A DNA stretch of 64,000 nucleotides. It comes from Camelus dromedarius. Lineage: Eukaryota. This document shows, in pieces, positions 52,103 through 64,000 of the stretch. Below the pieces are notes generated by a model that had not been told where the DNA came from, did no database searches, and saw nothing but the letters and a program-made list of their open reading frames with translations. The stretch covers positions 97,528,001-97,592,000 of the forward strand of contig NC_087472.1 of the NCBI RefSeq assembly GCF_036321535.1, read 5' to 3'. Each line of letters starts with the position of its first letter. Positions within the stretch are counted from its first letter, which is position 1. The position numbers and the translations under genes are program-made.

Positions 52103-52299
52103 TTTTTATTAACATTTTTTATTGATTTATAATCATTTTACAATGTTGTGTCAAATTCCAGTGTAGAGCACAATTTTTCAGTTATACATGAACATACATA
52201 TATTAATTGTCACATTTTTTTCTCTGTGAGCTGCCATAAGATCTTGTGTATATTTCCCTGTGCTATACAGTATCATCTTGTTTACCTATTCTACAATTT
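52103..52299 (-). mobile_element. Young camelid-type L1 3' tip (about 200 bp) with perfect 11-bp TSD
   Basis: TTATTGATTTATAATCATTTTACAATGTTGTGTCAAATTCC...CCCTGTGCTATACAG. TSD TGAATGTTCTT at 52092-52102 and 52300-52310. Confidence 0.94.
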
Positions 52300-55200
52300 T
52301 GAATGTTCTTAATACTACTGAACTATACACTTAAGCCTAGTTAGGATGATAACTTTTGTGTTATGCATATTTTACCACAGTTAATTTTTGAAATATGTAT
52401 AAATCTACTACGTAGGGGTAGGTAAGATTTCTTTGCAAAATACTGTCTGATGATTGAAAAACCAAGGAGTTAAGATACATCACTGTTTTTTTTCAAGCTT
52501 AAGATAGTTTTAGGTCTGAAAATTAGTTCAAATATGTACTAGAACTATGCCGTCTTTATTTTAGCTATGAATTCAGCCTTAATAAACCTGTCCAGTGATA
52601 CTCCAAGGCTAAACCAATTACTGTTTCCTCTGACACCCAGCTCAGAAGAGTTTCTGGTTTTGAGTAGAATCCTGTACATACTGCTAAACTAATCTACTTA
52701 GTTGTACATGTGTCTGCCTGTAGAGTTTAATGCCAAGGCTTATCTTCTAGATAACTTTGTTTCCTTGGTTCTTAGTATTATGTCAGGCACAGAGCCAGCA
52801 GGTAGTATGTTTACTGAATTCATTGAACAAATATTTATTAAGCATTTAATGTGTACAATGACCAAGATAGATGCATTTTTAATGTTGCCTTTATTTAGTA
52901 CTAGTCAAAACTTTACACAGAAAATAATCTGAAGCTTAACCACAGAGTTATCATTGACCAACTAGTTTTACTATGTTTTATTCAAAAGATGTTTAATATT
53001 TAGTAGAAGATAAAATGGTGATATAGCTTATGAGAATAGAATGCATAATTTTGGAATTACAGGCCTCTGAAAGATAGAGATCCATGTTTTAGACACAAAT
53101 ATTCATCCTGATTTCTTTGAATATATACCATACTTGGTAGTGACAGTTCTTAAAATTAGACCTGGAAGGTGCCTTTTCTGCCCAGAAAAATGTTTCTGTA
53201 ACTTGTTTGGCAATTACAAATTCACTCGTGATTGTATTATATTTTACAAACTAAAACAAAGAACTAGAGGGTTTATGGTTTGAGTGGTTGAGTCTCTTCT
53301 TGGAGAAGCCTAGTAGAACGCCTCTAATGACCCCTGATTAATTTAAATGTACACAGTAAGAGATGGTCATGAGAATCATCTGTTCTTATAAGCAGTAGAT
53401 TAATTATTCTGTGACATGTTTTGACTTAAGTTCTCAACTGAATTCAGAGCCAGGATAGGAACTGGGGATTGCCTATGATAATTTCATTGAATATGTAAGA
53501 GGTTAAAAAATGCTTAGTAGCCTGTTTCATAACATCATGAAGTTCCTATACCTTTAACTTTATGAAGTTGACTGATTGTACGGTCTAACCAAATAAACTC
53601 AGAGGAAATGGAAAAAAGACATATAAAGTTGGGAGAATGATACTGCGTTGATTGAAAACATTAGGCAGCTAAAATTATTATAATGGCAGAAAGTGAGTAA
53701 TTTGGAAGGAAATAAAAGAAATATCCATGGATCTATAATCAGGCAGTGTGTTCTCTCCCCTTTAGCTACCACCAGGAAAGATTCTGGGACAAGAGTAGTG
53801 ACTAGAATTATAAACTGAGGCACTAGTGCCTGCCTATGATTGCTGGCTTCTTTCTGTAAGGCTGCAGTGGAATGGTTATCTAGGGCTGTGATCATTACGC
53901 TACTCCTTCCTTACCCTAAGGAAGAGCTGAAGGCTGCTTAGGCTCTACTTCAGCCCTGTTACAAATGTTACTACAATGTAAGTTTCAGGGTGATGGAGCC
54001 TTTATTTTATTCACTGTTGTGTCTCCAGCACCTGCTACACTCCTGGACACATTCTGGGTGCCCAAAAATATTTCTTGAGTGAATTAATAAACTAACATGG
54101 ACTCATTCCTTGTTAGAAGCTCTTTCAAGGGAGGAATACAAATTAACTGGCCAACATGAGCAAGTGGGAATTCTGGGTGAGAGAATCCAGAGTCATTTAA
54201 TATAACCTACAAAAACATAAAAGTGATGGGGCATCCCAGTGGTGCAAAATACATCAGGAACAAGTGTTTTAGAAAGACCTGTTTACTAGGTTGGGGATCA
54301 TCTAAACTGGTGACTAATGAGAAGAAAAAAGTTTAAAAATCCAACTTTAAAAAGTACTTTTTTTGGTTTCTTTCATACCTCTAACATAAGTTATGCTTAG
54401 TATCATCATCCCAAAGAGAGAATTCTGTTTTCTGCCTCTTTTTCTAAAGTCAAAAAAGAAAGTCTGTGTATAAACCACAGTAAATCCATATCATGATCTT
54501 AATTATGTTGTAAAGGAATCTTATTGCATTCCTAGAAATGATGTGTGTATGTGGTGAGGAAGGAGAGAGTACTCAAATTTCAGTTTTGCTGTCTGGTTCT
54601 GTCTGTTGACTCTCTGTATTATTATCCTTAATGTTTAGTTCCCATCAACTTCTATTATAGGACCCCCGTAACTTAATCCCTAGACATGATTTGTGAGTCT
54701 AGCCCTGATATAATCTTCACTGTTTATTGCCAAAATGCTAGTCATTTAATGATGGTGCTGATACTGGCAAAATAAAATCCATTATAAACAAAATCACTAT
54801 ACCAGAATCCCATGAGCAACATATGACAAATATAAGTGGAAATAGTGCTTTCAGTACAGTTTTAGAAAAAACCTGTGGTAATTAAATTAGGAGAAAATTG
54901 TAATTTATTTATAAATTAGAAGAAACAGTAATATACTTTAGAGATCTACTGACTATTTTATTTTTCTCTATTTGTATTTCTGTTACCTTGTTACCTACCA
55001 CCAGAAGTAAAGGGGGTTTAAGAATATTGGCTTAAACATTTGAGTGTGGAAGTGATAACATATGAACAGAATGATAGAGTAGGACTGAATTTGGCTGAAA
55101 AGAAAGATTTATATGCAAAAAGAGTAAAAATTAACTCATAGTATTATATCAGAAGTTGAGGAGATGAATTTACATCATGCAACATGTTTATTTTCTAATG

Positions 55201-55529
55201 ATTACATGTCTCTGATAGTTATTACACATTTAGAAAATAAACTTGAGAAAATCGAATCAAACCCAAAATGTATTCTCAATACCAATGACTAATCAGGTAC
55301 ATTGATTGGTCTGTTTGATGTTTAGTTCCACAAGTAAATTTTCATAGTGCAAAAAACAGGCAAAATTGATCCCAGATCTCCTGACTTCCAGTGTAGTAGT
55401 GCCCCTTCTAATACCCTGAGTTACTTTACTAAACAAAGTTATCACTTATGATAACTTCTGCAAAAGATAACATTAGAGGATTTCCTTGTCTAGTGAAAAC
55501 AGCCACAAAAAGCCACTGTAACACAATGC

Positions 55530-55680
55530 ATAATGTACCAGCAGCATCAGTATCCTCTGGGAGCTTGTTAGAAATGCAAACATCTCATGCTCCACCCCAG
55601 ACCTACTGAATCAGGCTCTGTATTTTAAAAAAAGATGTGCAGGTGACTAATATGCATATTAAAGCTTGATAAGCAATAGT
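55530..55680. mobile_element. MER5A-like hAT-Charlie element
   Basis: CCAGCAGCATCAGTATCCTCTGGGAGCTTGTTAGAAATGCAAA...CCCCAGACCTACTGAATCAG. Confidence 0.88.
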
Positions 55681-55994
55681 ATAGACAGATACGGGACGGG
55701 CACCCAGTTGAATCTGGCTATGGGTAAGATGTGCAGTAGAGTGAAGGGATGCATATGGCAAGTTCCAGACAGAGAACAACATAGGCAATGGCACAGAAGA
55801 ATTAAAATATGTGGCAAATTCAGAGACTTGAAGATAGTTCAAAGTGGCTATAACACAGGATGCATAGATGAAAATGTGAAAAAGTATTTGTTGATATGTG
55901 TTTATACATATACATACAAATTGTCATTAATTTTCATTATTCACAAAGGAATGTTGGACATTTCATCATTTTGAGCAGTAGTTAGAGGATAACG

Positions 55995-56510
55995 TATTCA
56001 TTTATTCAATAAATATTTATTGAATGCCTGTAATATGTCAGGCACTGTTCTAGGCATATATGATCAGTATTTAGGAACAAGTAGCATAGACAATAGGTGG
56101 GGAAATGTTTCATCATAGAGAGGAATTGTAGGAACGGTTGTAGTCCAAGTGAAAAACAATGAAAGAGCCAAACCAATGACTGAGGAAACAGAGGAATAAA
56201 TAATAAATTTAAGAGATATTTGAGATATGGACTGACTAAGACTTCTTGACTGATCAACTTAAGGGAGAGAGATACCAGGACATTTTGGGTTTCTGGATTG
56301 GATAACGAGAATCAGTTTATATTTATCTTTTTAAAATAAAATCAAAGGTAATAATAAATATACTTAACCTAGCACTTATTAATTCGTACTGAGTCAAGAA
56401 CTGTGTTAAGTGTTCACTTAAACCTCACAACAAATTTTGGAGTGAATAAAAATGTATTTCCTTTTAACAGATGAAGAAACTAAGGCTCGGGGATGTTCTT
56501 TAAGTTACCA
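55995..56510 (-). mobile_element. L2 3' end (about 55995-56310) and MIR (about 56365-56510)
   Basis: AAATATTTATTGAATGCCTGTAATATGTCAGGCACTGTTCTAGGCA; TTTTAACAGATGAAGAAACTAAGGCTC. Confidence 0.7.
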
Positions 56511-56534
56511 ACCTAAAAAAAAAAGGAAACCAAT

Positions 56535-56930
56535 GCAGAGCTAAACATAATCTTATGATGCAATTTAACAACCATACCTCCAGATATTTACCCAACTGAT
56601 GTAAAAATTTTTATCCACACAAAAACCTGCACATAAATATTTATAACAGCTTTATTCATAATCACCCAAAGCCGAAAGCAACCAAGATACCCTTCAACAG
56701 GTGAATGGATAAACAAACCATGGTTTATTCATACAATTCAATAATATTCAGTGATAAAAAGGAATGAGCCATCAAGCCAAACAAAGACATGGATGATTCT
56801 TAATTGCATATTGCTGAGTGAAAGAAGACAATCTGAAAAGGCTACATACTGTCTGATTCCATTTATACGACATTCTGGGAAAGACAGAACTATAGAGACA
56901 GTAAACTAAATCAGTGATTACCAGAGATTT
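56535..56930 (+). mobile_element. L1MC1/2-like ORF2 end and 3' UTR fragment
   Basis: CCACACAAAAACCTGCACA...CAGCTTTATTCATAAT...AATCTGAAAAGGCTACATACTG. Confidence 0.85.
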
Positions 56931-57444
56931 TGCAACTGCCTCTCAGGTTTGTTGTTGTTGTTGGGTTTTTTTTTTCAGAATGGCTTCACTTGAACAATTT
57001 TAATACTTTATTCTCGCTTCAATTCCCCTAACTCGCTTACAAGGTTACACTTATTTCAGCACTCTCTAACAATAGGCCTCACCAATAAATGAGTAGGCCA
57101 TTTAATAGACACTTGAGCACGGTGGAAGACATAGAAATGATACCAATTCCTATCTCTCATCACCCCTTTCTTCACTTCTCCCACTCTTGACTCCTAAGTG
57201 AAAGAATCTCATGTGTGTTTCTCCCGGGAGCAGCTGTGGATTGGTGTAGGTAGATTCACTACCCAGGGCTCCTCCTTAGTTATGGCTAAGCTGTTTGTAC
57301 TAGCTGAGGAGTTACTTAATCTCCACAAAATAGAGATAACAGTAGTAGTTACTTGATTTTTTGATGCAGAATAAATAAGTTAGTATGTGTGCAACCTTTA
57401 GCATAGTACCTAGTATAGTGTAAGCACTCAAGGTATATTAACTA

Positions 57445-58319
57445 TAATAGTCCTCCCTTATCCATGGTTTCACTGTCAGCTTCAGTTACCCATGGTCAAT
57501 CACAGTCTAAAATATTAAATGGAAAATTTCAGAAATAAACGATTCATAAGTTTTAAATTGCATGCCATTCTGAGTAATGTAATGAAATCATGTGCCTTCC
57601 TGCTCAAATGTACCCAAGATGTGAATCATCCCTTTGTCCAGTGTATCCCACCTGTTAGTCACTTAGTAGTTATCTCAATTGCCAGACTGTTGTGATACTG
57701 GTATGAATACCATGGTGGTTGTATTCAGGTAACCCTAATTTTACTTTAAAGTGGCCCCAAGGTGCAAGAGATCTGATGCTGGCAATTTGGATATGCCAAA
57801 GAGAAGAAGTAAAGTTCTCCCTTTAAATGAAAAGGTGAAAGTTCTCAACTTAATAAGGAAAGAAAAAAATCATATGAGGAGCTTGCTAAGATCTATAGTA
57901 AGAACAAATCTTCTATCTATGAAAATGTGAAGAAATAAAAAGTAATTTGTACTAGTTTTACTGTCACACCTCTAACTGTAAAAGCTATGGCCATAGTGTA
58001 GGGTAAGTGCTTAGGATGGAAAGGGCATTAAATTCTCACAATTAGATTTTTGACAGAGAGATAGATCATATGTACAAACTTTTATTATAGCACTCTCTAA
58101 CACTTAGAGTATATTGTTACAGTTTATTGTTAGTAATTGTACTATTTTATTGTTGTTAATCCCTTACTATGCCTAATTTATGAGTTAAACTTTATTACAG
58201 GTATGTATATATATGTAGGAATATATATATATATATGGTTCAGTACTATCTGTGGTTTCAGGTATCTACTGGGGGAGGGTCTTGGAACATATACCCTATG
58301 GATAATGGGGGGACTGCTG
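57445..58319 (+). mobile_element. MER44/Tigger7-derived non-autonomous DNA transposon with remnant transposase N-terminus
   Basis: TIRs TAATAGTCCTCCCTTATCC and GGATAATGGGGGGACTGCTG flanked by TA. ATG at 57793 reads MPKRRSKVLPLNEKVKVLNLIRKEK, then frameshifts into SYEELAKIYSKNKSSIYE (CENP-B/psq-type HTH). Confidence 0.92.
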
Positions 58320-58604
58320 TATTACCAAAAATCATCAATTCCAAAATGCACATTTTATCACATTTTGACTTCTGTAAAATTGGGAAATATTTTATAATTC
58401 CTGGCATCTTAGAGTCAAAGCATTGTGTTAAAAACTGAACATTGTTCTTCTAATTTTTTTAACGTATGAGTCTGAAGCAGGGAGGGTCCTACAAACAAGC
58501 CAATACCTAACTCAGTTTCAATTTTCTCTCCTCCATTCCTGCTCTACTCTTGCCAAGCTTAGGCAGTCATTAAATGAGAAATGTATTCACCACAAATGAA
58601 ATGT

Positions 58605-58790
58605 TTTCCCACTTAATGCTCACCATAATCCAATAAAGTCAGGTATTTTTACAACCCCATTTCACAGGTGAATAAACCAAGTTTGAAGGTCAACTAATGT
58701 GGCCATAGGTTCCCACTGAGTAAATTACCAAACCTGCAACATTCAAACCCAATTAGTCTTTAAAGTATTTTCTAATTCCACCATACTGCT
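58605..58790 (-). mobile_element. MIR remnant
   Basis: TTAATGCTCACCATAATCC...CCCCATTTCACAGGTGAATAAACCAAG. Confidence 0.6.
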
Positions 58791-60899
58791 AGACCCTGCA
58801 GCATTTCATAATATTATAACAAAAGGGTTTCTCTGGGGGAATTAAAAGCATAAATGTCAATTAGAACTAACCTAACAAAAGGTTTCCATATTATGTTTAC
58901 AAAACAGAAAACTACTAATGTCTATTAGGTTGGACTGATTTGTTTTCTTGTTGAAGGTGATTGGGGAGCTAAACAGTGCTGTTTTATTCATTGGGATGCT
59001 TTATGCTTCAGTAGCTGTAAATATTAACAGAATTAAAGACTTTAACAGCAGTCTAATGTGAATGCTCTGAAAAACTATTTTATCAGGTTCTTAGGCTAGG
59101 CAGGTTTTCATTTTATTAGAGCCTTGTTAATTTGAAATTTATTGGAAGTATTGATTTTACCTGCTATTCTAAGCATTCCTGTGATGTTAGTTTCATTATC
59201 TCAGTTTACTACAGTCTATACATGTTTAAAACAGATAAAGGTGGAGATAAATTATTATTATTTTTAATAGACACAGGCATACTAAAATGCACTGAATATT
59301 TATCTTTTTAACTCCTCGAAGTCATATTTTTGACAATTTAAATGAAAACTTGCCTAGACTGTTTAAATTTTCTTTAATGATAAAAATGTGTTAACAAATA
59401 AATAAATATTATTAAAAGTTTACAAGGAGCATCTTTTAACCTGCTGAAGACATCATTTTTTTTCAAGCACATTACTAATACCATTTACATGTTTTATTAA
59501 AAAATATCTATTAATGCAAGGGCCTAAAGCCTGATTGCTCTCGCTTTGTTAGCCTCATTAAAATCAGCACCATAAGAATATTTGACTATTTTCCTATCTT
59601 TTCAGTAATCCAGATCTAGTTTCCTACCAGTTAGTCAAGTTTATGTTTAATTTGCTTTATTTTCATACATGATGACCATCAAATATAATGAGATGAAATG
59701 CTCCAGGTAGAACTAAACATTAGGGATAATAGAATATAGAATTAAGAAAATGACCATAGAGGCTAATTCCTATATTAGAAAAGTACCTGAGTCCTAGGAT
59801 TTCAGAGCGCTCTGAACCAACTAAGCAAATGCCTAATTACCCAATGACTGGACCAGGTCTAGTCATAAATGAGAGCATATGGTCCATGGAGAAATCAAAT
59901 GCATATACTGAATTCCATTCATAATGCTATTACTGTGTAAGTATCTTTGGCAGTTTATTAAAGTCTTTATACTGGTTATGAAACCCTTGTACTACTTGAA
60001 CAAGAAAATAATCCACCTTTCAAAGAGACAACTGTTTTAATGGAAATTACTTTCCTGATTACAGTTATTCAGCATAAGTTAAGAAAGGAATAAAATTTAA
60101 TAAATTGGCTAAGTATAATCTGTGAAATAATATTAAAATGCATCCATTTATATAGTTATATGAAAGAACACTTCTGTGAAACATTACGAAAAATTATATG
60201 AAAGAAGTATATCATTTATGCATAACATAATAAACACATTGACTAGTTTCTTGGTATCTTCAAAGAACTATACTTAGGAATTAAAAACTGGAAATTGCAT
60301 GATCTCTAGTACAAGGGGTTCAAAGCCTAATGAGGACATCAACATGGGAAAAGCATCATTATATTTCAGTGTGAAAAATATAATAATAATGATGATAATA
60401 ATTATGGTGTCAAAATAATAAGGGAGCAGTAAACTACCAGGGAAATCAGAAAGGTCTTCAAAAAAGAGGCAATAGTTAGGGTTGCCCTTAGGACATACAT
60501 TTCACCAGAGAGAAAGAGGTAGGACTGTGATACTGATAAAACAATAAGTATAGGGGGTATTTAATCAAATAGCACACTGGGCTAATTAAGCTACCTTTCT
60601 ACTCATTAAAAAATCCCAAGCACTGAAACAAAGTATATAAAAATATATGCCACTGAATAGATACATATATATATGTATGATATATATATAAACATGTGCA
60701 TATCCATATATGCACACACACACACTTATAACTCAAATGATCATCAGTGGACAAGAAAATTTGGAGAAAGCTGAAAAATGGAAAGCAGAAGGGATTGGAT
60801 TGATACGTTTTCTAGGAGAGCCTAAATTACTGAAATTTACAGGCGAAAATGTAGAAACAATAATAGATCAAAGCCATAAAAGAAAGTGCAAAGGTTGTA

Positions 60900-62206
60900 A
60901 AAATTTCTGACCTTAAAATAGACACCAACCAACACTCAACTTAGGATGAAATAAATTTGAGTAGTCTAATAACTAATAAAGAAAATTAATTCATAGTTAA
61001 AACCTCCTGAAAAAGATACCTTTATCCTCATACACTTTTACTGGGGAGTTCTACCAAACATTTAAAGAAGAATTAATACCAATTTGACACAATCCCTTCC
61101 AGAAAATATAAGCGGAGGAAATACCACCATTTCACTTTGTGAGGCCAGCATTACCCTGATTCCAAAACAAGACAGGAGTCAAAAGCAAAAACAAAAAATC
61201 AATGACCAGCATTTCTCATGACCATAGATCTAAAACTTCTCAATATTTATTAGCAAATGAAATCCAGCAGTATATTTGAAAAAATGTACAGTGACCAAAT
61301 GAGGTTTATTTCAGGAATGCTACACTGGTTCAGTATTCAAAAATCAACCAATGTCACCTACATATTAACAAACTAAAAAAATCATATGATCATACCAAAA
61401 GATGCAGAACAATAATATGACAAAATTCAACACTCATTCATGATATAAAAAATCTCAGCAAACTAATAATAGAATGGAATTCCCTCAAGGTGATAAAGAG
61501 CATCTACCTAAAACTAAACCTAATATCATACTTAATGGCAAAAGACTGAACATTTTCCCCCTAAGAAGGAAGCAAGAAACAGATGTCCCCTATCACTGCT
61601 TTTATTCAGCATAGTACAGGAAATCCTAGAGAGTAAAATGAGACAAGAAAATGAAATTTAAAGGCATGCAGTTGGGAAATAAGTAAAACAGTCCCTACTT
61701 GTAAATGATAGGACTGTCTATGTAGAAAAACCCAAGGAATCTCCAAAAAAGAAAAAAAGGAAAAGAAAAAGAAGAAACTGTTAGAATAAGTTACTTCAGC
61801 AAGGTCACAAGGTCAGCACACAAAAATCAGTTAGCTGTATTTCAATGGATGAGCAATGAACACTTAGAAACTAAAATTTAAAACAATACCATTTACATTC
61901 ATTCAAAAATGAAATATTTATGTATAAATTTAGCAATAAATGTACAAGATTTGTATAATGAAATCTACACAACTCTGATGAAAAAAAATCAAAGAAGAGC
62001 TGCATAGATGGAGAGGTAAACCACTTTGATAGATCAGAAGATCAACATAGTAAAGTCAGTTCTCTCCAAGTTTATATACAGCTTTAATGCAATTTCTATC
62101 AAAATCCCAGAAAGGTTTTTTGTAGATATAGACAAGATAATTCTAAACTTTATGTGGAAAGTCAAAAGAACTAGAATAGCTAAAACAAATTTAGAAAAAA
62201 GAATTT
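60900..62206 (+). mobile_element. Old L1 ORF2 (RT region) remnant
   Basis: TTCTACCAAACATTTAAAGAAGAATTAATACCAAT...GAGGCCAGCATTACCCTGAT. ORF 62026-62208 includes KINIVKSVLSKFIYSFNAISIKIPERFFVDIDKIILNFMWK. Confidence 0.9.
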
Positions 62207-62214
62207 AGTGTCAC

Positions 62215-63200
62215 ATATTTCTTAAAATCCTTTCACATATTTTTTGTACCATTCTTTCTTTCCTGTCCCCCTAGGCCTCCACATCCACATAAATTAGATT
62301 TGCTGTATGATTGTTCAGATAGCCAGTGATACTGGAGAATTCCTATACATCTGTCTCTGAATTTACTTACTCCTTCTCTGTCACCTCTAATCTATTAAGT
62401 GAATTTTCTAGCTCAGATATTATAATTTTTAGTTCTAGAATCTCCATTTGTTTCTGGTTTTAAGTAGTTTTTATTTCTTTGTTGAAATTTCCTTTTGTGC
62501 TATTTATTATGAGCATATTTCCATTTACTTCATTGAATATAGTTATAGGATCTGCTGTATTTTCTTTAGGGGGTAATTAGATTTATTTATTTATTAAGTT
62601 TTTATTAAGTTACTTTTTAATGGAGGTACTAGTGATTAAACCCAGGACCTTGTACTTGCTAAGCATGTATGCTAACCACTGAACTATACCCTCCCCCTGC
62701 TGTATTTTCTTAAGTCTTGTAATGTTGACTTGCGTTATGGAAATTTTATTGATACATTTCATAAACTTTGTATTCTATCATGTTCCCTGGAATAGCATTG
62801 ACTTTTTTGCTTTAAGCAGGAAGTAGACTTGGTTGAACTCAGATTTCAAATTCTGTCTCCTCTGTGGTAGGCAGAAGATGAAATTTGTCATTTCTTTCAG
62901 CCTTAGCTGTGCTGCTTAGAGTCTGCCTTGCACATGGATAGTACGTGTGAGTCAAGAATCAACCAAATATTTGTGCAGAAATTATATGCAAAATCTGGAC
63001 CTTCCCTATGGTGGCTCTCTATTTTCTCAGATTTTAACTTTGACTTTTCTCCTGCTGTGGTTTCCAAAAACTCTGTCCTTGAACTTATTAAGCAGTAAAC
63101 TGTGGCATTTTATCTGAGTTTTGGATACCCACCATTGTGCCCGGACCTGTCCTTAGGCAAAAGGCCATAAAAATGGAACGCTCTGTGACATTCCCTTTTC
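62215..63200 (-). mobile_element. Old L1ME-like 5'/ORF1-region remnant
   Basis: TTTTTAGTTCTAGAATCTCCATTTG...TTTACTTCATTGAATATAGTTATA...TTTAAGCAGGAAGT. Hosts a SINE. Confidence 0.55.
62567..62696 (-). mobile_element. tRNA-derived SINE (vic-1-like, camelid) with perfect 15-bp TSD
   Basis: Minus strand reads GGGGAGGGTATAGTTCAGTGGTTAGCATACATGCTTAGCAAGTACAAGGTCCTGGGTTTAATC...AATAAATCTAATTACCCCC. TSD CTGCTGTATTTTCTT at 62552-62566 and 62697-62711. Confidence 0.94.
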
Positions 63201-63784
63201 CTAATGAACCTACCTATACCTAAACTTTCTTTGTAGGAAAGTTTTAAATTAAGTAATGTTTAAAAGTAGAGCTTCAAAAAGTAATCCCTTTAATCTTTTC
63301 ACTCTATCTCTGTACCAGGCACATCTATAATTAGCATTTCCTTAGCAGTGTGTTGCAATTTATCATGTTTCTTCTTAATTCTTTGTTAAAACAATCAATT
63401 TTGTGATTTACAAATTTAAATAAATGAACTGATTATTTTTGCTTTCTTACAGAATTGAGATAATTTTGCCTCAGTTATGTAATTCATATTCCATTTGTGT
63501 AATATTAAAAATTTGATTTTTGTGGCCTAAAATTGAAACTAAGTAGCACTGTATAATCAGTTAAAATAATATAATTATATTTTAATTTCTATTCCTAATA
63601 GTACTTTTAAACCCTGTAACACTGTAACACTATTCTTTAATCTTCATCTTCAGATTTACATAGGATATTTTTTCAAATACTTTGACTATCTAATCCTCAG
63701 TAATTTAATGGTCATTTACACATGATTATAAATAAGCGGAGAAAATCTTGTTCTGGCTTTAAAATTCTATATTCATACATTTAT

Positions 63785-64000
63785 GATAACTTCTTGCTGC
63801 AGTGATAGAAGCTCAACTCCAAAATACTTGAGCCAAGTGGAGAATTTATTAGATAACATAATTTGGAGCATCCTAAGATCAGCTAGTTTCAGATATGGCT
63901 CAATCCAGGGTTTGATCGGTGTTATCACATATCTGACCCTTTTCAGCCCTGACCTCTGTATTCATCTTCTATATTTGCTTCATTCTCAGGCATGCTTTTC
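63785..64000 (-). mobile_element. MLT1J/L-like MaLR LTR, runs off the window end
   Basis: GCAGTGATAGAAGCTCAACTC...GAATTTATT...TTCAGATATGGCTCAATCCAGGG...TTCATTCTCAGGCA. Confidence 0.65.

Larger units (their letters stand above)
50540..52390 (+). mobile_element. L1MB-like LINE with 5' inversion: antisense ORF2 (about 50540-51900) plus sense 3' UTR (about 51905-52390)
   Basis: ORF 50654-50860 (-) includes [12 protein letters not shown]...[19 protein letters not shown]. Orientation then switches to sense GTAGTCAAACTCATAGAAA...GAATGGTGGTTGCCAGGGGC...TATTTTACCACA. Confidence 0.9.

Noticed and set aside
35875..56930. L1 fragment at 56535 as the displaced continuation of the L1 ending at 35875
   Set aside because: Consensus positions are roughly contiguous, but the 20 kb between them holds older L2, MIR and MLT1 elements, so simple interruption is impossible. 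Coincidence is likelier.
57793..58035. Tigger transposase start as a domesticated CENP-B-like gene
   Set aside because: Frameshift after about 25 codons, in-frame stops, and the catalytic region is deleted, as is normal for MER44-type elements.
1682..62208. Remaining 60-125 aa ORFs in the supplied track
   Set aside because: Low-complexity F/L/I-rich translations of AT-rich or repeat DNA, many with non-ATG starts. None resembles a known protein other than L1 ORF2p.
40189..62696. Three tRNA-like sequences (40189, 46440, 62696) as tRNA genes
   Set aside because: Each continues into a shared non-tRNA body and A-rich tail and is flanked by a TSD, so they are SINEs.

Overview
AT-rich, CpG-poor mammalian non-coding DNA (intronic or intergenic), roughly half recognisable transposable-element debris. 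Three tRNA-derived SINEs of the vic-1 type and a series of young L1 3' ends point to a camelid (camel, llama or alpaca); this is inferred from repeat content. I found no host protein-coding gene, RNA gene, CpG island or CRISPR array. The only ORFs with recognisable protein sequence are broken L1 ORF2p pieces, and a Tigger transposase N-terminus can be read by hand. I see no evidence of a new biological system. What is notable is retrotransposition mechanics: a ~145-bp twin-primed (5'-inverted) L1 with a perfect 15-bp target-site duplication (TSD), a larger 5'-inverted L1 carrying two younger nested insertions, a young L1 truncated almost in register with the old L1 it inserted into, a SINE with a probable 3' read-through tail, a graded series of L1 3' subfamilies, a 50-bp perfect palindrome, and one candidate 63-nt minus-strand exon. 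Repeat subfamily names come from my recall of consensus sequences, not from a database search. Boundaries of old elements are approximate.
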